Assembly: GCA_016840065.1 (NCBI GenBank)
Contig: JAEOTB010000095.1
Span: forward strand, 1 to 55,743
Direction: 5' to 3'
Source of the DNA: Candidatus Hermodarchaeota archaeon
GTDB taxonomy: Archaea; Asgardarchaeota; Hermodarchaeia; Hermodarchaeales; Hermodarchaeaceae
DNA length: 55,743 bases
Positions 1-9,306 of the stretch are shown piece by piece (the first letter of the stretch is position 1; each line of letters starts with the position of its first letter). The notes under the pieces are model-generated. The model had not been told where the DNA came from and made no database searches. It saw only the letters and a program-made list of their open reading frames with translations. A program made the position numbers and the translations under genes.

Positions 1-1869
1 CAACAGGACCTATCAAAGCAGCAGTCAGCTCTTACCGAGAATATCGAAAGCATAGCCAACCAAGTCACAACCGAAACATCCACACAAATAACCAACCTCC
101 ACCAAACCACCCAAACAACCATACAGAATCTGCAAAAGGGTGTAGCTCATCAAGAGAGACTAATTCGTGATTTAGAGCACCAAATGCAAGCGATTCTACA
201 AAACCAAATATCCTCGGTAACCAAAGAACTGGGTATTGCATCTACCCAAATTCGAGAATTCATCCAAGATAAAGTAAGACAGACAGAAAAAACCGTTGAA
301 CAGTTGGGTGCAACAAGCACGGCTAAAATTACCGAGTATCGAAATGCATTCGAAATACAAATGAGAGCGTTCGAAACCGATGTGAATACAGAAAGTGACA
401 AATGTATGTCCTCCCTTCAGCGAGAGTTAGCTCAGTTTATCAAGACAGTAAACAAGATAGTAAATACAACTGAAACCGCAGCTGAACAACTTCAATTAGA
501 ACTAGATTCACAAGCATCCAAGTTCACACCAGCCTATCGAACACAAGTCAATCAGCACCACAATATTTTTCGAGAATACTTACTAAATGAGATACAGAAA
601 ATCATTACAAGATTTAGTGAAGTAGAAAATACACTACTCCCCCACATTACTAGAATTGGACAAGAAACACGCCAATCCCTTGAAGACTCGCTTACCTACA
701 CAACAAACTCGATTGAAGAGAGTAAAGGGAAGATTCGTTCGGAAAGCGAGAAACTTGTGATTGAGTGCAAGGCAGCAATGAAGTCTACAATCGATAATGT
801 GAGAATCAATTTTTCTGAGAAACTTGCTACGATGAAAGACAGTTTGATCAGAGTACACAATCAAACTCTACAAAAAGCCATAGATATCTTGACTGCATTT
901 CAAAGTGAAACGACCAAAGCACTAGCGAATGCTGAGCGCTCTTTTGATAGTGAAATTTCATCTTCGAGAGGAACTATTGAGCAAGAACTAGTCCAATCAA
1001 CCCAAGAGTTCGCCAAAGGCGTAGAAAACATCATAGAAGTATTGAAAGGCAACTCAGAGGAAGCGTTGAAGATAACCAATGAGACATTGAGGGCAGCATA
1101 CGAAACGTCAGGGTCAGAAATTCAACAGCATCTTAGTGAAATCATCTCGATTATCACACAATTATCGAATTCTACAAAAGAAAATCTTCAGACACAAACA
1201 CAGAAAATCAAAGATAACATGGAAAGTCGAATTGAAGAGAAGAGGCGTTCCTTAGAAACCGAAACGCAGACCTCTTCACAAACTATCACAACAGCTATCG
1301 CTGAATCAAAAGAATTAGTAACCTCTATACTCAACAAGTATACAAAAAACGTTGTTCCTCTTACACAGAGCATCCAGGCAAAATCAGAGACTGCCCATAC
1401 CATGTTATCAAATCTGTGGGAGTTGCTAGGTACTATTCAAGTTTCTGAAATCGAGAGAACATGGCGCATTGTCTCTAGCGAGAAAGTCAAAATCCGGCTA
1501 AAAGACATGCTAGAGCGTGCTAAATCTACAATAACACTTGTTTTCCCTAACTACGACGAGATTCCCCAGAAAATCTTGATGAAGATATCACCTGATGTCC
1601 GAATTCACCTCATCACAAAGATAGATGAAAAACACACCCAGCATGCTCAGAAACTACTAGAAAAGGGTAATATCCGGATCTGGCATACAATACACATGCC
1701 GTTCTATGCAGGAGCCAGAGACAGCGAGGAGGTTCTCATAGCGCCTGTCCACGGTGATCCTCAGGAAATAGTGGCAGTTGTTAGTGATCAAGAAAGCTAC
1801 ATCTCCCTATTCAACAAAGCCCTTGGTCCTAGATGGATCTCCAGTGCTAAGGAAATCCGTCGAAATTAG
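1..1869 (+). CDS. Long coiled-coil protein with C-terminal TrmB-effector/PLD-like domain (5'-truncated by window)
   Basis: Frame is open from base 1 to the ATG at 184. Q/E/T/S-rich helical body; C-terminal ~130 aa (LKDMLERAKSTITLVFP...ARDSEEVLIAP) resembles the TrmB sugar-binding/PLD-like fold. Confidence 0.65.
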   Translation, partial: QQDLSKQQSALTENIESIANQVTTETSTQITNLHQTTQTTIQNLQKGVAHQERLIRDLEHQMQAILQNQISSVTKELGIASTQIREFIQDKVRQTEKTVEQLGATSTAKITEYRNAFEIQMRAFETDVNTESDKCMSSLQRELAQFIKTVNKIVNTTETAAEQLQLELDSQASKFTPAYRTQVNQHHNIFREYLLNEIQKIITRFSEVENTLLPHITRIGQETRQSLEDSLTYTTNSIEESKGKIRSESEKLVIECKAAMKSTIDNVRINFSEKLATMKDSLIRVHNQTLQKAIDILTAFQSETTKALANAERSFDSEISSSRGTIEQELVQSTQEFAKGVENIIEVLKGNSEEALKITNETLRAAYETSGSEIQQHLSEIISIITQLSNSTKENLQTQTQKIKDNMESRIEEKRRSLETETQTSSQTITTAIAESKELVTSILNKYTKNVVPLTQSIQAKSETAHTMLSNLWELLGTIQVSEIERTWRIVSSEKVKIRLKDMLERAKSTITLVFPNYDEIPQKILMKISPDVRIHLITKIDEKHTQHAQKLLEKGNIRIWHTIHMPFYAGARDSEEVLIAPVHGDPQEIVAVVSDQESYISLFNKALGPRWISSAKEIRRN

Positions 1870-1875
1870 CATCTA

Positions 1876-3609
1876 CTATGTAGGTGGCGTACGACCGACT
1901 ACGTTAGTAGATGCCTTCCTGATAAATTGCGCCTCGAAAATCTCATTCACACGCTGAATAGTATCAGCTTCCTCCGGCGATTTATCATATCGGATTTGTT
2001 TGATTCGTGCAAACCTCAAGGCTTTCCCAGATGGATATCTTACCGAACGCTGGATTTCATCATATTCAACTTCTACTACGATTTTAGGTTGTACAAATAC
2101 AACATTTCTGCGTTTTCCCACCTGAATTTCTAGAAGGCGTGTAGTAATCTCTTCGAATTCTGCATCAGTAAGACCTTTGAATGTTTTACCTAGCATCATG
2201 AACTCTGCAGTTTCTGGATTCCATGCCCCTAGATGATAATCAGAAAGCCAACGATGCCTACGTCCAGTTCCGTACTCTGCTGCGATGATTACCAAATCCA
2301 ATGTTTCTAAACTCTCTTTGATTTTCAACCATGCTTTTCCCCGAATGCCAGGTTTATAGAGACTATCCGTCCTTTTAGCAATTAATCCCTCGTGACCCTT
2401 CTGAATAGTAGAAGCGAAGAAGGCTTCTGCTTCCTGAAAATCAGTTGTGATGATTTGAGGAACAAGCGGAATGGAGCCACATACGGTAGACAACCGTTGT
2501 CGCCTTTCAGTATATGGATGGTCGATGAGTACTTCTTCGTTGAGCATTAATAAATCGAAGAGGAAAAGACTCACAGGAATCTCTTTTACGAGTCTTTCTA
2601 CATCACGAACTCGTCGAAACCGCCGCATGAGATGTTGAAAGGGAAGTGGGCGACTGTCTACCCCTACAGCAATAACCTCCCCCTCAAGAATACAACTAGG
2701 TTCTGTTACTTCTTCAAGAATTAAAGTGACAACATCAGGAAGACTGGTAGTAACATCTGAAAGCCTGCGACTGTAGACCTTGATTTTAGGCTGTCCATTT
2801 CGTTTTAAGTGAATTTGTACACGAGCCCCATCTAATTTCATTTCAAAAGCAGATTCGCCATTGTGATGCAATAGAGCTTCTGATACATCCTTTGCCTGTG
2901 CTGCTAACATCGGTAGTAATGGAGTAAAAGACCGGAGGCGGACCTTTTGCAGCCCTATTTCTCCCTCTTCTCGAGCGATTCTCGTGACCTTTCCAATATC
3001 ACCCGTGAGCATATTAGCACGCTGAACTAGTGGTAAAGAAAGTTTGAATATACGAGCAATAGTCCCTTCTAACATACCCTCACTAAAGCCTATTCGCTGA
3101 TCCCCGAGTAGGATTTTTGTTAAGTATTTAGCCTCCAAAGGTGTTGCACGCATGAAAAGTGACCGTAAAAACGCTATTTTCTTTCGTCTGGATCCTGTTC
3201 CCAACGCATCTGCTATTGCAGTAAAGGTTTGGAAGACCTCTATTATTGTCAAAGGCGAAGTGAATAATGTTGTTTGCGCTACTCGACCAGTTTTTTGATA
3301 CAAACGACGGACAACTTCCCCTAAATCACCTGACTCTCGAAAAAGAGAACTAATTTCATCTGTGGAGGGCTTATACAATTCTTTTAGGACATTGAAGAGG
3401 CCCGACCAACTAAGAGAAAGAACACGATGACTAGCTCTGGGAAATGGCTGTCCTATGATGAGGAGCGCAGCAGCCTCTACCTCCTCAAGGGGCAATTTTG
3501 TAAGAAGTTCCCCTACTAGAGCCATTTTCTCCAGCCGTTTTGTAGTGGAAACCACCTTTTCACATAGTTCTGACAACTTGCTAAACGCGGTTTGTGTTAC
3601 TGGTGACAT
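1876..3609 (-). CDS. lig: ATP-dependent DNA ligase
   Basis: Motif I EMKLDGARVQ, EGE, FDLL, EGLIAK, WLKIK, LRFARI; 577 aa, typical archaeal size. Confidence 0.97.
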   Translation of the reverse strand: MSPVTQTAFSKLSELCEKVVSTTKRLEKMALVGELLTKLPLEEVEAAALLIIGQPFPRASHRVLSLSWSGLFNVLKELYKPSTDEISSLFRESGDLGEVVRRLYQKTGRVAQTTLFTSPLTIIEVFQTFTAIADALGTGSRRKKIAFLRSLFMRATPLEAKYLTKILLGDQRIGFSEGMLEGTIARIFKLSLPLVQRANMLTGDIGKVTRIAREEGEIGLQKVRLRSFTPLLPMLAAQAKDVSEALLHHNGESAFEMKLDGARVQIHLKRNGQPKIKVYSRRLSDVTTSLPDVVTLILEEVTEPSCILEGEVIAVGVDSRPLPFQHLMRRFRRVRDVERLVKEIPVSLFLFDLLMLNEEVLIDHPYTERRQRLSTVCGSIPLVPQIITTDFQEAEAFFASTIQKGHEGLIAKRTDSLYKPGIRGKAWLKIKESLETLDLVIIAAEYGTGRRHRWLSDYHLGAWNPETAEFMMLGKTFKGLTDAEFEEITTRLLEIQVGKRRNVVFVQPKIVVEVEYDEIQRSVRYPSGKALRFARIKQIRYDKSPEEADTIQRVNEIFEAQFIRKASTNVVGRTPPT

Positions 3610-3706
3610 GAAATAGCCTCTTCTTTCTATGCAAATCTAGCTTAACAAGGTTTTAAAGGGAATTATTCTAATTCGTTTGTAACTCGTTTTACGAGGTTCC
3701 TATAGT

Positions 3707-4051
3707 ATGAAAGTATCCGAATTAACCTCCGCATCTCGTCGCGTTGATATTAAGCTTCGAGTACTCTCGGTTGAGACTCCGCGCGATGTACGAACCGCCC
3801 GGGGTTCTGCCCGAGTGGCTACAGCCCTTGCTGGTGATGAAACAGGCACCATTAAACTATCTCTTTGGAACGATGACATCGATCAAGTGTTTGAAGACGC
3901 TGTAATTCAAATCACGAACGGCTACGTCAAGACCTTCCAAGGAGAAAAACAACTCTCAAGCGGCATATATGGCGAGCTTGCAGTTGTAGACGACCCGATG
4001 TTTCCTAGCCGTGAAGCAATCACGTCTGGGGAAACACCAGTAGGAGAGTGA
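3707..4051 (+). CDS. ssb: Single OB-fold ssDNA-binding protein (crenarchaeal SSB/RPA-like)
   Basis: GDETGTIKLSLWN, IQITNGYVKTFQG. Confidence 0.85.
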   Translation: MKVSELTSASRRVDIKLRVLSVETPRDVRTARGSARVATALAGDETGTIKLSLWNDDIDQVFEDAVIQITNGYVKTFQGEKQLSSGIYGELAVVDDPMFPSREAITSGETPVGE

Positions 4052-4128
4052 ATTTTAACACAATTATGCTCATCTTATTTGATTACAAGATTTGATGTTT
4101 CGATGGGCAATGTTGGAGATGGGATAGC

Positions 4129-4857
4129 ATGATAATAGATGTTTTTGTTAGCTGGCTTCATGCCATAGATTTGTGGATAGAGGGCCTGCTACAACTTATT
4201 ATTTTCTGGGTTCAAGTTCTAGGACCAATTGGTGTTTTTCTAGGAGTCATGATTGAGACACTGATTGCTCCTATTCCCTCTCCAGTAATAATGATGGCGG
4301 CAGGATTTCTTCTAACGCAGAACCAACCACTCCATATGGCTCTACTCATCATCGCTGTGGATGTGATGTTAGTAGGTGCATTAGCTTCGACTATTGGTTC
4401 CTTTTTTGGGTATGGAATTGCCTATCTTGGAGGCTATCCCATCATTGAAAGGTACGGTAAATATTTGGGAACTTCAATAGAAGAAGTTGAATACATGCGC
4501 CAAAGATTCGAGAAGTCGTCTCGTGACGAGGTTTTTCTTTTCGCTGCTCGTGCTATCCCAATTATTCCTCTTTCTGTTGTATCTATTGTTGCTGGTGCAA
4601 TTCGAATGGATGGAAAGCGGTTCGCAATTGTCACATTTCTTGGTGCGCTACCCCGATGTTTGATATTGGGACTCTCTGGGTTTCTGGTCGGGGCTGCTTT
4701 CACACAAATTGGAGAGATGGTTGATTTCCTTGAGACTATAACTCTATTACTTCTAATTCTCTTCATCCTCGTATTCATAGTCTTTCGACTTGTTTTACGA
4801 CGAAGAGCCAGAAAGGTAACACAACCTACTAGTGAATACTCCGCTACCTCTAAGTAA
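4129..4857 (+). CDS. DedA/VTT family membrane protein
   Basis: IETLIAPIPS, GSFFGYGIAYLGG, ARAIPIIP; multiple TM helices. Confidence 0.88.
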   Translation: MIIDVFVSWLHAIDLWIEGLLQLIIFWVQVLGPIGVFLGVMIETLIAPIPSPVIMMAAGFLLTQNQPLHMALLIIAVDVMLVGALASTIGSFFGYGIAYLGGYPIIERYGKYLGTSIEEVEYMRQRFEKSSRDEVFLFAARAIPIIPLSVVSIVAGAIRMDGKRFAIVTFLGALPRCLILGLSGFLVGAAFTQIGEMVDFLETITLLLLILFILVFIVFRLVLRRRARKVTQPTSEYSATSK

Positions 4858-4858
4858 A

Positions 4859-5152
4859 TCAGTTGGGCGCATGGAGGTCGCCAACCCGAGTAAGCCTAAC
4901 CTCAAAATAAAACAGAATCCGATGTCCCAGCTGTCGAAGTTGTGTTTGGAGCAAGACAGCACGGTCCCTAGCCTCAACGATGGTTCTGTACCATGGAGAA
5001 ACACAAATTCGTTCCTGTTCATCTGTTTCACAGAGAAAATCGTTGGGGACCTCTGCATGTTCAGGTACTCGAACTGAAACGCGATACTTACCGTTTTTTG
5101 TACTGAGCCAGATTTCGCAGTACCCAACTGTGAGGGGCTTTGAACTTCCCAT
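4859..5152 (-). CDS. Small hypothetical protein
   Basis: Fills the gap between the DedA stop and the real rnhB start; protein-like composition. Confidence 0.5.
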   Translation of the reverse strand: MGSSKPLTVGYCEIWLSTKNGKYRVSVRVPEHAEVPNDFLCETDEQERICVSPWYRTIVEARDRAVLLQTQLRQLGHRILFYFEVRLTRVGDLHAPN

Positions 5153-5210
5153 TGCTGGTCGAATACAGAGAGAAGTCAGTGAATTAATAAGCTTGCTTAT
5201 CTGCTATCAA

Positions 5211-5879
5211 ATGATGAGTGAAGTGCCTTCCCGATGCATAGCTGGTGTAGATGAAGCAGGTCGAGGCCCAGTGATTGGCCCATTAGTTCTTGCTGGGATA
5301 GTTATCAAGGAAGAACACTCAGAGGCACTGATTGAATGGGGAGTTCGGGACTCGAAGCGCCTTACTCGAAAAAGACGCGAAGTATTAGAGCTAACTATTC
5401 GACGAATAGCCCTTCAAGTAGAAGTACTTGAAATCAGTGCTGCTGAAATCGATTTACGACGTTCATCGAAACAGAGCCTCAATACCCTAGAAGCCGAATG
5501 GATGTCAACAATACTCAAACATCTCCAATGGGATATCGCCTATGTTGATGCGGCTGATGTTATTGCTGAACGCTATGGACGTATCATCCAAACTCATCTT
5601 CAAACGGAAAAGCCTATAGTGAGTGAACACAAGGCCGACCAGAATTACCCAGTAGTTGCTGCTGCATCGATATTAGCAAAAGTGCGAAGAGACCGTCGTA
5701 TTACAGAGCTTCACAAACAGTACGGTGACTTTGGTAGTGGCTATCCAAGTGATTCAAAAACCCGCCTATTCCTAAAGAAGTGGCTATCCAAGCACGACAC
5801 TTTCCCAGAGATAGTGAGGCAATCGTGGGAAACCGCACGAAAACTGCTTGCAGCCCGGAAGCAGGAAACCTTACAATAA
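5211..5879 (+). CDS. rnhB: Ribonuclease HII
   Basis: GVDEAGRGPVIGP, DSK, HKAD, AAASILAKV, GSGYPSD; start moved to ATG 5211. Confidence 0.97.
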   Translation: MMSEVPSRCIAGVDEAGRGPVIGPLVLAGIVIKEEHSEALIEWGVRDSKRLTRKRREVLELTIRRIALQVEVLEISAAEIDLRRSSKQSLNTLEAEWMSTILKHLQWDIAYVDAADVIAERYGRIIQTHLQTEKPIVSEHKADQNYPVVAAASILAKVRRDRRITELHKQYGDFGSGYPSDSKTRLFLKKWLSKHDTFPEIVRQSWETARKLLAARKQETLQ

Positions 5880-5926
5880 CTGGTTCAGAAGAGCAGTACC
5901 AATACCCAAACGGCTGCTACCCCTAG

Positions 5927-7259
5927 CTATTCTTCTGTCGTCTTCTTTTTCCGCCTTCTTCTTTTCGGTTTTGGCTTCTCTTCAGCTTCTTCAGTTTTCG
6001 TCTCCTCAACAGGCTCAGCAGGAGGGGCTTCGCTAGGCTCAGCAGATGGTGCTTCACCAGGCGCTAGTCGGGGCTCAGGCTCATCCTTAGGCCTCTTCCG
6101 CTTCTCTTTTATTTTTTCTCGCATACGCATATAGTGCTCAGCGAGGAGCTCAAGATGGCGCTTAGCAATATCTGGGTGAATATCCTTCTGGGCGAGTCTT
6201 TCTTCAAGACGAAGAACCAAGAACTCGGGGAAGAATGATTCGAAGTGGATATCTGAAAGAAGCATGACAAAGGGATCGTCTCCTCTCTTCACCTTTAGAG
6301 TGGTTGATCCCATCGTTGTGATAATCTTGGAGGATTCTAGTCGACGAATGACTGTATCAAGTGCTGCTTTCTTCTCTACTATCCCAGCTAGCTCGGATTT
6401 ATGAACTATACGTCGCCTTAGCACCTTTGCGACATCATAGATATCTGGATCAAGGAGGAGTTGACCCAGTTGAAGAGTATCATTCTCTGTCCAAGCATAG
6501 CTACTGAAAAACTCTGTGACTCGCTTCTCATACTCAGCAGCCTGTTCAGCAGTTAAACCTCCGGACTTTGCTAATTTGAGTGCTTGCTCTGGTGGATAAC
6601 GGGCACCAAACAAGTCATTTACCATAAACACACAGTTATCTGAGACCGCGTTAACCCAGTCCTCATCTACTATTCCGCTGCGTAGTAAAGGCAATGTCAA
6701 AAGACCAAGGTCAGGATAGTGCTTCCCAGTTTGTAGCTCTAACCATTCACGCAGCTCCTCACCAGGAATCCCTCCACGCGATAACTTATGCATAAGAAGA
6801 CGCGTCTCCTGATCTACAAACACTTTCGCCAAGCGCTGCTCGATGCTCAGCTCAACCATCCTTTTCAGCTTGTCAAACATCTCACCGAGATACTCAGTGA
6901 ACTCTGGTTCACCAATATTCTCAACAATCTCATTTGAAGCAAGCGTCAAACCTTCCTCATAAGCGCGGGCCTCCTCATCCAACTCCAAGAAGAGCATCAC
7001 GCAAAATTGATCCTTACCTCGGCGAATACCTGAATACCAGCTTGAAACAGCAAGCTGTGTACCTTCAAGAGTCATCGTCAAGAATCCAGCCTCAGGTTTA
7101 CCCATGGCATGAGCCGTAAACACCCGAAGCATGTTCTCCTCAGACACATCAAGATCAGAAGGAAACACACCAACAACGCGTAAACCGCTTTTGTCATTGG
7201 GGGACGAGGTGAGTGACACCTGTCCAATCCCAGCGGGTGACTCCTAATCCTAGTGGCAT
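5927..7259 (-). CDS. uDENN/longin-like domain protein, two exons (7259-7227 and 7195-5927), 433 aa after splicing
   Basis: GGTGA SD 7 nt before ATG 7259. Exon 1 MPLGLGVTRWD joins DKSGLRVVGVFP after removing 31 nt; 1302 nt remain, in frame. Collinear with the N-terminus of the 8256-9233 product. Confidence 0.85.
7196..7226 (-). other. Candidate BHB/BHL-type pre-mRNA intron (31 nt)
   Basis: 4-bp central helix UGGG/CCCA, 3-nt bulge AU^U, 9-bp intron stem (GGAC-AGGUG/CACCU-c-GUCC), 3' site AU^G; excision restores the frame. Confidence 0.8.
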
Positions 7260-7395
7260 TTTTTTCTCACCATTATCAAGTTTGTTTGGTTTCTCTTGGT
7301 TTATCTTGTATTAAATTGTTTCTATATTCCTTTATTTGGTCAACCTGTTTTCGGCGATTGTTTAGGCGTGCCTAATTTCGCCTAGTTTCGGACCC

Positions 7396-8259
7396 CTAAT
7401 CACCTGTTGCTTCGGCAACAGCACCCACAAGGACTTTGAAGAGAACCTCTCTATATCTGGGGTCGATTGCAACCAAGCCATAGGTCTGGACTCCGAGAAT
7501 CCGTTGGACAAGCTTGGCAGACAAGGCACCAGGAAGGTCCTGTTTATTCGCTATTGCCCAAACTATGGCAGAGGAGGCGTTCTTCCTTACCATCTCAAGT
7601 ATGTCCCTTGTCGCCAATACATTTCTCAAAGTGGAATCAGTTACCAATAACACAGCGTCCGCGTTGCGGAGATAATAACCCCAAAGGGACCGAAACCTCT
7701 CCTGTCCAGCGAAATCCCAGACGACTAATTCATATGGTCCGAAGCGTACACCCTGCAGCTTCTCTACGTCAACAGCGACCGTTGGGACATAGATTCCATC
7801 GATTACTGCGCCAGTGAGGAGTTTTAACATTGTGGATTTTCCTACTCCTCCTTGTCCGAGTAGACAGATTTTCAGCATCGTAACTATGACATCGTCGAGT
7901 TCGCTGGCGAAGCCTTGGAAGGCGTTCTGATGGGGGCTTGAGAGGTAGGATTCCACCTCGTGTTGATACTTTCCTAGGAGGAGCTGTTGAGTTCTGTTGA
8001 TTAACTCTCTTATGCTAGCTTCATCATCACTCGAGTCAACGGCAAAGACGAGGATGAGTTTTTCACCAATTGCGGAATAGAGGAATTTTACTTGGCTGAC
8101 ATGAATAGGGAGGTCTACGCTTGGACCGATTTCTGTTTGTAGTGCAGTCAGGGTAATTAGGAACTCTTGGATAATCTCATTGGTGATGTCTATTGACCAG
8201 TATTGTCTATGGAAGACGCGCCGACCTGTTTTGGTGAGAATGAAGACATTGTGGATCAT
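7396..8259 (-). CDS. Longin-like domain fused to Arf/Rab-like small GTPase
   Basis: G1 GQGGVGKS, G2 YVPT, G3 WDFAGQE, G4 NKQD; N-terminal MIHNVFILTKTG..VFHRQY resembles adaptin sigma/mu longin domains. Confidence 0.9.
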   Translation of the reverse strand: MIHNVFILTKTGRRVFHRQYWSIDITNEIIQEFLITLTALQTEIGPSVDLPIHVSQVKFLYSAIGEKLILVFAVDSSDDEASIRELINRTQQLLLGKYQHEVESYLSSPHQNAFQGFASELDDVIVTMLKICLLGQGGVGKSTMLKLLTGAVIDGIYVPTVAVDVEKLQGVRFGPYELVVWDFAGQERFRSLWGYYLRNADAVLLVTDSTLRNVLATRDILEMVRKNASSAIVWAIANKQDLPGALSAKLVQRILGVQTYGLVAIDPRYREVLFKVLVGAVAEATGD

Positions 8260-9233
8260 GTGGTCATGTCACCCTCTATCGTATGGGTTTGTGTAACATC
8301 AGTTAGGAGAGGGGAGAGCTCTCTGCAGTTTCGGCGGAGAGCTGTCAAAGAACATCCAACAAGTTCGATTAAATCATTTTCGGACAACCTGTCCCCTGTA
8401 TGTTTCGCGCTGATGAAGGCAATGGATGCAGCGATAATTGGTCGTGGTACACCCTGAAAGCTACCTTTCTCACTGATTAATTCGGTGATATTAGATGATA
8501 AGTCTTTAGTGGTTCGTGAGACTGGTAGAAATGTGAAGAGGTGGTCTAGTATAGCATGAATTGGTTCACTCCAACTCTTCTGCTCTGACACCTTTTGACT
8601 GCGATGTTCATCTGCTTTGGAAAGAATCCGTTGTATGCCAGCTCGTACAATCCTCCGTGCGTTTGCCAATTGTTTTCGTCTTTGTCGACGGACATACCTA
8701 GGACACTGAGGGAAACCAGGCATCTGGTATTTTGTCAAGTAACATGGCTTCTTAACTACCCTGCAGAACGATGCCATTTCACCTTGATCGGAGGAACGCT
8801 CATAAAGAAAGGGACAAATTGATTTATCCCTTGAGCCGCCACGCCGTTTGATTTCCCTCGACATCTCAATGAGGATTCGGCGATATTTCCGTATACGTTC
8901 CTTTTTATCCCCCTCAATGGCGATTATTTTTTGGATTGTAGAAAGAAGTACTGTTTGGTAAGCTGTGGGCTCCTCCTCTGAACGAAGAAGCACAATTAGG
9001 CAGTAATAGTTTTCTGCACCAAATTTTTTTATTCGCCTAAAAGCAGCGGCCGCACGCAGGGAAACATCTGTGGAAGGAAACACTCGGAAAACAGTGTCAC
9101 GGTTAACCACAGCGCAACCATAGAAAATCTGGGCTAGCTCTTGTCGATCCACATCTAATGAGTTTGGGTGTTTCGCAAGCAGGACTAGACCAGTCTTTAC
9201 ATCCCAAGTGCTAGAGACTAACCCTCGAGGGAT
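8256..9233 (-). CDS. uDENN/longin-like domain + Cys-rich segment + TFB/TFIIB C-terminal cyclin-HTH-like domain; probable ATC start
   Basis: In-frame extension IPRGLVSSTWDVKTGLVLLAKHP upstream of GTG 9152, with GGTGA 6 nt before ATC 9233. C-terminus GVPRPIIAASIAF...LSENDLIELVGCSLTALRRNCREL resembles TFB repeat 2. Confidence 0.7.
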   Translation of the reverse strand: MPRGLVSSTWDVKTGLVLLAKHPNSLDVDRQELAQIFYGCAVVNRDTVFRVFPSTDVSLRAAAAFRRIKKFGAENYYCLIVLLRSEEEPTAYQTVLLSTIQKIIAIEGDKKERIRKYRRILIEMSREIKRRGGSRDKSICPFLYERSSDQGEMASFCRVVKKPCYLTKYQMPGFPQCPRYVRRQRRKQLANARRIVRAGIQRILSKADEHRSQKVSEQKSWSEPIHAILDHLFTFLPVSRTTKDLSSNITELISEKGSFQGVPRPIIAASIAFISAKHTGDRLSENDLIELVGCSLTALRRNCRELSPLLTDVTQTHTIEGDMTT

Positions 9234-9306
9234 TACAGTTCACCTTTACGCTCTTTTCCATCTACCAATTAATCTAAGTTTAAATGAATTTTATGCTGTT
9301 CCAACA

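Noticed and set aside
7194-7219. GTG 7219 start from the ORF track, or selenocysteine readthrough of the TGA at 7196-7194
   Set aside because: The GTG lies inside the intron hairpin and would delete the first strand shared with the paralog. Readthrough of the TGA would not fix the frame.
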